DNA from: Mycobacterium tuberculosis H37Rv
GTDB lineage: Bacteria; Actinomycetota; Actinomycetes; Mycobacteriales; Mycobacteriaceae
DNA length: 32,000 nucleotides
Assembly: GCF_000195955.2 (NCBI RefSeq)
Contig: NC_000962.3
Coordinates: forward strand, 2,820,001-2,852,000
Direction: 5' to 3'
A program made the position numbers and the translations under genes. Below the pieces are notes generated by a model. That model ran no database searches. It worked only from the letters and a program-made list of their open reading frames with translations, and was not told where the DNA came from. Below are positions 26,101 to 32,000 of this stretch, piece after piece; within the stretch, counting starts at the first letter, position 1; each line of letters begins with the position of its first letter.

Positions 26101-29100
26101 GTGCCAGCGGCTCACCGAACGTGGCGGTGACGCCGGTGTGGTCGGCAACACGCTCGGGGTGCCAGTCCACCGTCAAAGTGGCCGTCCCGTTGGCCACCGC
26201 AGGCAAGAACTCCGGGCTGTCGACACCGGCGGCGATCGCCAGCACCGTGCGCATGGCGCTGGTGGCGTCCTCGGTGGCGATCACCGGGGTGCCGCCATCG
26301 ACGGTGTTGGCCGGCAACGTGAATCGGATGTCGACCCAGGTGCCCGAGACGGGCACGCTCAAGGCGACGTCGTCGCCGTGCGTCTGCAGCCGGGCGCCGG
26401 TGGATGAGTGTGTGGCGCGCGGGTTTTCGGGTCCATCGTGCACCTGCCATTCGGCCGGGTCGGCGATCCGATGCACCGGGTTGGTCACGGTGCGACCGGC
26501 CCAGCGCACATCGGGTGCGTCGAGGACGACAGCCAACGGTCCGGCCACGTCGGCGCGGCCCAGCCGGCGCGACGCGACATCCTTCGGCTCGACACCGGCG
26601 CCGAGCACTTCATCGATTGCGGCTTGCTCGAAACGGTCCAGCAACTCACCGACGGGTTCATCCATCCGGGTGATGCCGGCTACCGACGCGGTGCCCGGAA
26701 TGATGCACACCGCATCGGCGTCGTAGCGGGCGTCGTGGGCCTGCCACAGCGAGTCGCTGCGCCACCAGCGCCGCACGTCCTGGTCGATCACCGGCACGAA
26801 GTTGACCGGCTTGCCCAGCGTCTTGCACAACGTCACGAAAAAGGGCACATCCGCGGGATGCAACTGCACGGTCTCGGCGTCGGGGTAGCGCGCCAGCAGG
26901 GCGGCGATCGCCTGCTGCGGATTGTCCAGCAGGCCAGCATCGGTGAATAGCGTCTGGATCGGGCCGAAATCCTGTGGGTGCAACCGGGCTTCGGCACGCT
27001 GCAGCATCTGCTCGAAGCGGTCCCGCCAGGTGTCGGCCAGCCACGGGCTGCCCACCGAGGCGGTGTCGGCGGTCGAGTTGCCTTCCCCGATGGCCAGTTC
27101 GACGTAGCGCCGCAGCCACTGCAGGTAGGTCATGTCGGCGACGTCGCCGAAGTAGGGCTTGGCGGTCTTGGCCATCGCCGCGATGATCTCGTCGCGACGC
27201 TCCGCGACCGCCTCCGCGTCACCGGCCACCTCGTCGAGCAGCCGCCCGCACCGGGATGCGCTGTTGTCGATCTCGTGGATATCGGCACCGAGCTGACTGC
27301 GGCTGGAGGCCATGCCGCCCTGCGCTTTTCCGGCGCTGATCCATTGGTCGGTGCCCTGAGTGTCGACGAGCATCCGCTTGACCGATGGCGACGTGGTGGA
27401 TTCCTTGGTGGCCATCGCCGCGGTGCCGACCAGGATGCCGTCGATCGGCATCAATGGGAAGCCGTAGGCCTGCGCCCAGCGCCCGGACAAATATTCCGCA
27501 GCCCTTCTCGGGGTGCCAATGCCGCCGCCGACGCACACCGTGATGTTGGCGCGTGAGCGCAACTCCGAGTAGGTAGCCAGCAGCAGGTCGTCGAGATCCT
27601 CCCAGGAATGGTGCCCGCCGGCGCGCCCGCCCTCGACGTGCATGATCACCGGCTTGGTGGGCACCTCGGTGGCGATGCGAATCACCGAGCGGATCTGCTC
27701 GATGGTCCCGGGTTTGAACACGACGTGGCTGATGCCGATGTCGCCCAGTTCGTCGATCAGCTCGACGGCCTCGTCGAGGTCTGGGATGCCGGCGCTGATC
27801 ACCACGCCGTCGATCGCGGCGCCGGACTGGCGGGCCTTCTGCACCAACCGCTTGCCGCCCACCTGAAGCTTCCACAGGTAGGGATCGAGGAACAGCGCGT
27901 TGAACTGATAGGTGCGGCCCGGCTCGAGCAGGCCGGCCATTTGTTCGATGCGGTTACCGAAGATCTCTTCGGTGACCTGCCCGCCGCCGGCCAGCTCGGC
28001 CCAGTGCCCGGCGTTGGCCGCCGCGGCGACGATCTTGGCGTCCACGGTGGTCGGGGTCATGCCCGCGAGCAGGATCGGCGAGCGGCCGGTCAGCCGGGTG
28101 AACTTCGTCGAGAGCTTGACCCTGCCGTCGGGGAGGCGAACCACGGTCGGTGCGTAGCTCGACCAGGCCCGGGCAACCTCGGGGGTGGCGCCGACGGTGA
28201 ACAGGTTGCGCTGGCCACCGCGGGTAGCCGCCGGCACGATGCCGATGCCCAGGCCGCGGATCACCGGTGCGGTCAGTCGGGTCAGGATGTCGCCCGGCCC
28301 CAGGTCGAGGATCCAGCGGGCGCCGGCCGCGTGGACACGGGTGATCTCGTCGACCCAGTCGACCTTTCTGATCAAGATGGCATCGGCCAGCTCCCGAGCC
28401 AAGGCGACATCGAGGCCCGCCTTCTCGGCCCAGCCCGCGACGATGTCGATCCCGTCGGATAGCCGCGGGGTGTGAAAGCCCACCTCCACCTGCACCGGCT
28501 CGAAGACCGGCGAGAAGACGTCGCCGCCGCGGACCTTGTTCTTGCGGTCGGCTTCTTCCTTCTCGGAGATCTGGCGGCAATAAAGCTCGAAACGCGACAG
28601 CTGCTCGGGGGTGCCGGTGATGACGACGGCACGCCGGCCGTTGCGGATGGACAACACCGGTGGCAGCACCGTGCGCACGTCCTGGGCGAACTCGTCGAGC
28701 AACCGGCCGATGCGCTCGGGGTCGGCGTTGGTGACCGATACCATCGGCGGGCGATCGCCCAGGACGGAAATTCCGCGCCGGCGGGCCACCAGCGTTCCGG
28801 CGGCACCGATCAACTGGGCCAAGGCAAACAGCTCGACGTCGCGTGCCCCACCAGCCTTGAGGGCTTCCACCGCCAGCACACCTTGCGAATGCCCCGCCAT
28901 GGCGACCGGCGGGGTGGCCACGAGGTCCATGCCTTGACGGGCCAGCGCCCGGGTCGCCGCGATCTGGGTAAGCAACACGCCGGGCACCGACACGGCGGCC
29001 GACGTCAGGTGCTTGTCGGACGGAACCGGGTCCTCGGCCGCCAGTGCGCGTACCCATTGCAGCGGCTCGAAACCGATCGGGCGCACCACAATCAGCTCGT

Positions 29101-29332
29101 CGGTGACCGGATCGAGCAACAGCTCTGCCTCACCGACCAACGTCGCCAACTCGGTTTCTATCCCGGTGGCCGACACCAGCTCTTCGAGGGTTTCCAGCCA
29201 GGCGCTGCCCTGGCCACCGAATGCGACAGCGTAGGGCTCACCAGCCATGAGGCGATCGACCAGAGCGTGGGTGGTATGCGGGCTGTCCCCGCCGCGATCA
29301 GCGGACACCCGGTCGTGCTCGTGGATCGTCAC
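20123..29332 (-). CDS. fas: Type I multifunctional fatty acid synthase (FAS-I; AT-ER-DH-MPT-ACP-KR-KS)
   Basis: Single 3069-aa ORF. It contains acyltransferase GHSQG and GHSVGE motifs, an FMN-type enoyl reductase TIM-barrel region, a hotdog dehydratase region, an ACP segment, a KR Rossmann segment (VAVVTGASKGSIA) and a C-terminal ketosynthase with active-site ACATAAVS. Confidence 0.98.
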   Translation of the reverse strand: MTIHEHDRVSADRGGDSPHTTHALVDRLMAGEPYAVAFGGQGSAWLETLEELVSATGIETELATLVGEAELLLDPVTDELIVVRPIGFEPLQWVRALAAEDPVPSDKHLTSAAVSVPGVLLTQIAATRALARQGMDLVATPPVAMAGHSQGVLAVEALKAGGARDVELFALAQLIGAAGTLVARRRGISVLGDRPPMVSVTNADPERIGRLLDEFAQDVRTVLPPVLSIRNGRRAVVITGTPEQLSRFELYCRQISEKEEADRKNKVRGGDVFSPVFEPVQVEVGFHTPRLSDGIDIVAGWAEKAGLDVALARELADAILIRKVDWVDEITRVHAAGARWILDLGPGDILTRLTAPVIRGLGIGIVPAATRGGQRNLFTVGATPEVARAWSSYAPTVVRLPDGRVKLSTKFTRLTGRSPILLAGMTPTTVDAKIVAAAANAGHWAELAGGGQVTEEIFGNRIEQMAGLLEPGRTYQFNALFLDPYLWKLQVGGKRLVQKARQSGAAIDGVVISAGIPDLDEAVELIDELGDIGISHVVFKPGTIEQIRSVIRIATEVPTKPVIMHVEGGRAGGHHSWEDLDDLLLATYSELRSRANITVCVGGGIGTPRRAAEYLSGRWAQAYGFPLMPIDGILVGTAAMATKESTTSPSVKRMLVDTQGTDQWISAGKAQGGMASSRSQLGADIHEIDNSASRCGRLLDEVAGDAEAVAERRDEIIAAMAKTAKPYFGDVADMTYLQWLRRYVELAIGEGNSTADTASVGSPWLADTWRDRFEQMLQRAEARLHPQDFGPIQTLFTDAGLLDNPQQAIAALLARYPDAETVQLHPADVPFFVTLCKTLGKPVNFVPVIDQDVRRWWRSDSLWQAHDARYDADAVCIIPGTASVAGITRMDEPVGELLDRFEQAAIDEVLGAGVEPKDVASRRLGRADVAGPLAVVLDAPDVRWAGRTVTNPVHRIADPAEWQVHDGPENPRATHSSTGARLQTHGDDVALSVPVSGTWVDIRFTLPANTVDGGTPVIATEDATSAMRTVLAIAAGVDSPEFLPAVANGTATLTVDWHPERVADHTGVTATFGEPLAPSLTNVPDALVGPCWPAVFAAIGSAVTDTGEPVVEGLLSLVHLDHAARVVGQLPTVPAQLTVTATAANATDTDMGRVVPVSVVVTGADGAVIATLEERFAILGRTGSAELADPARAGGAVSANATDTPRRRRRDVTITAPVDMRPFAVVSGDHNPIHTDRAAALLAGLESPIVHGMWLSAAAQHAVTATDGQARPPARLVGWTARFLGMVRPGDEVDFRVERVGIDQGAEIVDVAARVGSDLVMSASARLAAPKTVYAFPGQGIQHKGMGMEVRARSKAARKVWDTADKFTRDTLGFSVLHVVRDNPTSIIASGVHYHHPDGVLYLTQFTQVAMATVAAAQVAEMREQGAFVEGAIACGHSVGEYTALACVTGIYQLEALLEMVFHRGSKMHDIVPRDELGRSNYRLAAIRPSQIDLDDADVPAFVAGIAESTGEFLEIVNFNLRGSQYAIAGTVRGLEALEAEVERRRELTGGRRSFILVPGIDVPFHSRVLRVGVAEFRRSLDRVMPRDADPDLIIGRYIPNLVPRLFTLDRDFIQEIRDLVPAEPLDEILADYDTWLRERPREMARTVFIELLAWQFASPVRWIETQDLLFIEEAAGGLGVERFVEIGVKSSPTVAGLATNTLKLPEYAHSTVEVLNAERDAAVLFATDTDPEPEPEEDEPVAESPAPDVVSEAAPVAPAASSAGPRPDDLVFDAADATLALIALSAKMRIDQIEELDSIESITDGASSRRNQLLVDLGSELNLGAIDGAAESDLAGLRSQVTKLARTYKPYGPVLSDAINDQLRTVLGPSGKRPGAIAERVKKTWELGEGWAKHVTVEVALGTREGSSVRGGAMGHLHEGALADAASVDKVIDAAVASVAARQGVSVALPSAGSGGGATIDAAALSEFTDQITGREGVLASAARLVLGQLGLDDPVNALPAAPDSELIDLVTAELGADWPRLVAPVFDPKKAVVFDDRWASAREDLVKLWLTDEGDIDADWPRLAERFEGAGHVVATQATWWQGKSLAAGRQIHASLYGRIAAGAENPEPGRYGGEVAVVTGASKGSIAASVVARLLDGGATVIATTSKLDEERLAFYRTLYRDHARYGAALWLVAANMASYSDVDALVEWIGTEQTESLGPQSIHIKDAQTPTLLFPFAAPRVVGDLSEAGSRAEMEMKVLLWAVQRLIGGLSTIGAERDIASRLHVVLPGSPNRGMFGGDGAYGEAKSALDAVVSRWHAESSWAARVSLAHALIGWTRGTGLMGHNDAIVAAVEEAGVTTYSTDEMAALLLDLCDAESKVAAARSPIKADLTGGLAEANLDMAELAAKAREQMSAAAAVDEDAEAPGAIAALPSPPRGFTPAPPPQWDDLDVDPADLVVIVGGAEIGPYGSSRTRFEMEVENELSAAGVLELAWTTGLIRWEDDPQPGWYDTESGEMVDESELVQRYHDAVVQRVGIREFVDDGAIDPDHASPLLVSVFLEKDFAFVVSSEADARAFVEFDPEHTVIRPVPDSTDWQVIRKAGTEIRVPRKTKLSRVVGGQIPTGFDPTVWGISADMAGSIDRLAVWNMVATVDAFLSSGFSPAEVMRYVHPSLVANTQGTGMGGGTSMQTMYHGNLLGRNKPNDIFQEVLPNIIAAHVVQSYVGSYGAMIHPVAACATAAVSVEEGVDKIRLGKAQLVVAGGLDDLTLEGIIGFGDMAATADTSMMCGRGIHDSKFSRPNDRRRLGFVEAQGGGTILLARGDLALRMGLPVLAVVAFAQSFGDGVHTSIPAPGLGALGAGRGGKDSPLARALAKLGVAADDVAVISKHDTSTLANDPNETELHERLADALGRSEGAPLFVVSQKSLTGHAKGGAAVFQMMGLCQILRDGVIPPNRSLDCVDDELAGSAHFVWVRDTLRLGGKFPLKAGMLTSLGFGHVSGLVALVHPQAFIASLDPAQRADYQRRADARLLAGQRRLASAIAGGAPMYQRPGDRRFDHHAPERPQEASMLLNPAARLGDGEAYIG

Positions 29333-29851
29333 GGTCTATGTCTCCCTATGTGCATCGGTACGTGTCAGTTCGTACAGCGGCCCAGGCTGCCGTGCGGGGC
29401 ATCCCCGACTCCGCACCGACTCCCAGCCGAAATCCTCTGACCGGTGTGTTGTCGGTGGGCCGGCCCGTGGGTCGAGCAGCGCGACGGGCTGCATCGGCCT
29501 TATAAGAGTCTCATAAGGATCGGTCCACCTTGTTTACACAGATCGGTTACTGGCGAGTTCTACGTACGGGTAACCGTGTCGTGGGTAACGCCGGGTTCGA
29601 CGGCCGGCGCGTATGTGTTGACCAAACGTCCTGCGTGCAGGTGGTTACGGTGGAGTAGCTATAACTGCGCTGATCAAGGCAGTTTTGTTATCAAATCGTT
29701 ATGCTGGGAATTCGCTCTACGCCGGGCGCGTGCCGACGCGCCGACCCAAAGGCCGCGCCATTGGCGGCGTTGGCCCGGGGTTGGCAATGCCGTGCAGCGG
29801 GCGAACGAGTGTTTGCTGTAGTGCAGCGGGGGCCAGGCTCGGGGCGGCAGG
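29333..29851 (-). promoter_or_regulatory. fas upstream leader and promoter region (519 bp non-coding), expected to carry the fas promoter and TetR-type FasR operator(s)
   Basis: There is no credible ORF here. GC drops locally around 29655-29710. GGTTAC/GTAACC words cluster at 29544-29650. Regulation of fas by FasR is established knowledge, but I cannot place the exact operator from memory. Confidence 0.5.
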
Positions 29852-30574
29852 CTAAGCCCACTGCCCGAATTGGGGCTTCAGGATTTGGTTGACGTCCACC
29901 CCGACCCCACCAACCTTGCGCTTATCGATCTCCACCTGGTGCAGATGCGCGGCCGGGTGGGTGTATCCCTTGGGCGAGCCCCAGTTGTGCTGCCAGAAGT
30001 ACGAGCCCAAGCCATCGTTGACGGCCCAGTCGATGGTTTTGGAGTTGGCGTACACGCCGGTCCGCTGGTGTCCGATCACCGACTCCCAGGACCGCAGATA
30101 TGGCACGATCTGGTTCTTGTACTGCTCATATGATGGGTTGTCGTCGATCGAGGCGTAGATCGGGGCGCTCGTCGGGCCGCCGGCAGCGGCATGCAGCTCC
30201 GACCCCCGTCTGGCGTGCTGCACGCCGGCGCTGGCACCGCCCAGCCAGTCGGCAGTGCTCCCCTTGCCGTATTGATAACAGGACACGATCTTGAGCCCAT
30301 TGCCGCTCAGGTCACGGGCCTCGCTGAGCTGGATCGGCTTGCCAAGCATCCAGGCGCCGCCAGGCCGCCGATCGGACACGTACCGGATTGCCCCCACCGC
30401 GCCGGCAGCCCTGATCTGGCTGGCGGGGATGACACCGGCGGCGTAGTCCAACAGGGTGCCCAGCGAACCGGCCGATGCCGGCGCGGCGCGCAACGACGAC
30501 GCAACGACGCCAAGACCCAGCACGCCCGGAGTCGCCGCCGCGAATTTGAGCACATCACGCCGAGAGACCGACAT
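29852..30574 (-). CDS. Tat-secreted protein with a GH25-like glycoside-hydrolase fold (Rv2525c-like)
   Basis: 240 aa. The twin-arginine signal is MSVSRRDVLKFAAATPGVLGLGVVASSLRAAPASA. The identity of the mature domain is recalled from the H37Rv locus. Confidence 0.9.
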   Translation of the reverse strand: MSVSRRDVLKFAAATPGVLGLGVVASSLRAAPASAGSLGTLLDYAAGVIPASQIRAAGAVGAIRYVSDRRPGGAWMLGKPIQLSEARDLSGNGLKIVSCYQYGKGSTADWLGGASAGVQHARRGSELHAAAGGPTSAPIYASIDDNPSYEQYKNQIVPYLRSWESVIGHQRTGVYANSKTIDWAVNDGLGSYFWQHNWGSPKGYTHPAAHLHQVEIDKRKVGGVGVDVNQILKPQFGQWA

Positions 30575-31078
30575 ATGCCACAGGGTACGACAAAAACAAC
30601 AACTGTCACACTGGTTTCAGTGGTCACGGATGCATCACACTGGCAGAACACATGCATGCGGCCATACCGACACCGGTGCGGTCTCGGGCAGGCCGCCTCT
30701 CCCTGCGACCACTACTACGGTGTGATCGCCTACGCTCCCAACGGCGCAATGGGCAAAATCGTCGCGCCACCGCACTCGAGGCCAGGCGGATATCGACGCA
30801 TAAGAACTTTGCGGCGTCTTAGCTGCAAAGTGCTCAGCAACTTCACCAACTACCACGGGGGAGTCCGACGATCGCGCCCGCTGGCAGAACCTGGACGTGC
30901 AACCAGTTGAGTAGTTCCCACACTGCGCGCCGAGCGTGGGCTGGCTGCGCCGAATGTGCACTGGTGGCGGCGACACGCCCGGGCGACGCCGCCGTGGTTG
31001 CACGTTCGGCGTAGGCAGCCCCGTGCGCTTGCCGGGCAGGTGTCCTCAAAGGTCCAACTAGACACACATATCAGACAC

Positions 31079-31084
31079 TAGTAT
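31079..31084 (+). promoter_or_regulatory. Candidate -10 hexamer TAGTAT for a leaderless vapB17 transcript
   Basis: TAGTAT matches TANNNT. Exactly six nt (gtacat) separate it from ATG 31091, and there is no SD. The surrounding 50 bp are about 40% GC. Confidence 0.35.
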
Positions 31085-31090
31085 GTACAT

Positions 31091-31318
31091 ATGACCGTAA
31101 AGAGGACCACGATTGAGCTGGACGAAGATCTTGTGCGGGCAGCCCAGGCCGTCACCGGGGAAACATTGCGAGCGACGGTCGAGCGCGCGCTGCAGCAGCT
31201 GGTGGCCGCGGCTGCCGAGCAGGCCGCCGCGCGCCGGCGGCGGATCGTCGACCATCTCGCGCACGCCGGCACTCACGTGGACGCAGACGTGCTGCTCTCC
31301 GAGCAGGCGTGGCGATGA
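31091..31318 (+). CDS. vapB17: VapB antitoxin (ribbon-helix-helix type)
   Basis: 75 aa. MTVKRTTIELDEDLVRAAQAVTGETLRATVERALQQLV is a typical RHH VapB N-terminus. Its stop overlaps the vapC start as ATGA. Confidence 0.9.
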   Translation: MTVKRTTIELDEDLVRAAQAVTGETLRATVERALQQLVAAAAEQAAARRRRIVDHLAHAGTHVDADVLLSEQAWR

Positions 31319-31716
31319 CCACCTGGATTCTGGACAAGAGTGCCCACGTGCGACTCGTGGCCGGCGCCACGCCGCCAGCCGGCATCGACCTCACCGACCT
31401 CGCCATCTGCGATATCGGCGAACTTGAATGGCTGTATTCAGCACGGTCAGCTACCGACTACGACAGCCAACAAACGTCACTGCGCGCCTATCAAATCCTT
31501 CGCGCACCCAGCGACATCTTTGACCGGGTTCGCCACCTTCAGCGCGACCTAGCCCACCACCGTGGGATGTGGCATCGAACGCCGCTTCCGGACCTATTCA
31601 TCGCCGAAACCGCGCTTCATCACCGGGCCGGCGTGTTGCACCACGACCGTGACTACAAACGAATTGCCGTCGTACGGCCTGGGTTTCAAGCATGCGAACT
31701 CTCTCGCGGGCGCTAG
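31315..31716 (+). CDS. vapC17: VapC PIN-domain ribonuclease toxin
   Basis: 133 aa from ATG 31315. PIN acidic residues are present: WILDKSA (Asp), GELEWLY (Glu), LFIAETA, HHDRDYKRI. The gene is translationally coupled to vapB17. Confidence 0.9.
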   Translation: MTTWILDKSAHVRLVAGATPPAGIDLTDLAICDIGELEWLYSARSATDYDSQQTSLRAYQILRAPSDIFDRVRHLQRDLAHHRGMWHRTPLPDLFIAETALHHRAGVLHHDRDYKRIAVVRPGFQACELSRGR

Positions 31717-31750
31717 CTTCGCCCGAATCCGTGAGCGGAGGCGATAATCC

Positions 31751-32000
31751 TTACAGGCCATCAAAAAAGTCCTCGTCGAGCCGTAAGAGTTCGACGGTCT
31801 GCACCGCCTGGACACCGACTCGATACCGCACGAGCAGCTCGGCCAGCCGAGCGCCGTCGATGAGTTCGATCCGGGCGTTGATCCGCTCAGCTTCCTCGCG
31901 GGCACCGCGGGAAAACGATGACGTGGTGATGTAGACGCCCCGGTCGCCCTGCTTGCCCAGGAGGGCGCCGGCGAACTCGTGGATCTTCGGCCGGCCAATC
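31751..32000 (-). CDS. mrr: Mrr-type (type IV) restriction endonuclease, C-terminal part only. The 5' end lies outside the window.
   Basis: My minus-strand translation in the frame ending at TAA (31751-31753) reads IGRPKIHEFAGALLGKQGDRGVYITTSSFSRGAREEAERINARIELIDGARLAELLVRYRVGVQAVQTVELLRLDEDFFDGL. This is the conserved Mrr_cat C-terminal region. The 134-aa ORF in the track (31594-31998) is in a different frame and I consider it spurious. Confidence 0.85.
   Translation of the reverse strand, partial: IGRPKIHEFAGALLGKQGDRGVYITTSSFSRGAREEAERINARIELIDGARLAELLVRYRVGVQAVQTVELLRLDEDFFDGL

Noticed and set aside
20204-29440. Dozens of long plus-strand and alternate-frame ORFs inside fas (for example 22046-23815, 20843-21970, 24365-25378, 28472-29440).
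   Set aside because: They are antisense or out of frame relative to an uninterrupted 3069-aa FAS-I ORF. Their Arg/Gly/Pro/Ala-rich products are typical of stop-codon depletion in about 65% GC DNA, and they contain no recognisable motifs.
29725-29775. GC-rich hairpins downstream of the Rv2525c stop (GGCGCG-tgccga-CGCGCC at 29725-29742 and GCCGC-N7-GCGGC at 29753-29769), as possible terminators insulating the fas promoter.
   Set aside because: Short GC stems are frequent by chance at this GC content and no U-tract follows. I note them but do not call them.
30606-30890. Repeated words in the Rv2525c/vapB17 spacer: TCACACTGG at 30606-30614 and 30635-30643, and CTGGCAGAAC at 30640-30649 and 30881-30890.
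   Set aside because: My rough expectation for a repeated 9-10-mer within about 516 bp by chance is of order 0.1-0.5, so these are not significant on their own.
30575-30910. Plus-strand ORF of 112 codons starting at the CATATG shared with the Rv2525c start codon (it is the tail of track ORF 30191-30910).
   Set aside because: Third-codon positions are mostly A/T at its 5' end (cca, ggt, aca, aaa, aca, aca, act, aca, gtt, tca), unlike genuine M. tuberculosis genes. There is no SD and no recognisable domain.
31594-31998. Track ORF of 134 aa on the minus strand at the right edge.
   Set aside because: It is in a different frame from the clearly Mrr-like reading frame that I translated (31751-31999), and its product is Ser/Arg/Pro-rich with no motifs.

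Overview
This is high-GC actinobacterial chromosome. From gene content and order I recognise it as the Mycobacterium tuberculosis complex segment running from fadD35 to mrr (H37Rv Rv2505c to Rv2528c). That assignment is from memory and I could not run a search. About 29% of the window is the 9.2 kb type I fatty acid synthase gene fas (20123-29332, minus), followed by acpS and an M20 peptidase. Other housekeeping content: fadD35 (partial), a TetR regulator, a proline-rich MmpS-like membrane protein, an MFS-type membrane protein, an SDR, a DUF853/HerA-like NTPase, orn, tRNA-His, ldtB, tRNA-Lys, PE26 (PE domain plus aspartic-protease domain), a DUF3618 protein, bcp, the Tat-secreted Rv2525c, vapBC17 and the 3' end of mrr. 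The interesting part is an accessory stretch of about 6.2 kb directly 3' of tRNA-His (7930-14108). It holds a complete 1324 bp IS1081, a patch of about 53% GC, and two adjacent same-strand two-gene modules of toxin-antitoxin or defence type. The first module is an Xre-HTH/ImmA-IrrE metallopeptidase fusion followed 5 bp later by a DUF4411 PIN-like nuclease. The second is a small HicA-like protein overlapping by GTGA a three-domain HTH protein. As far as I know neither is functionally characterised. Many long ORFs in the supplied track are alternate-frame or antisense artefacts of the high GC content, and I have not called them. Where the track's first start codon looked wrong I refined it using Shine-Dalgarno or -10 context read from the sequence.
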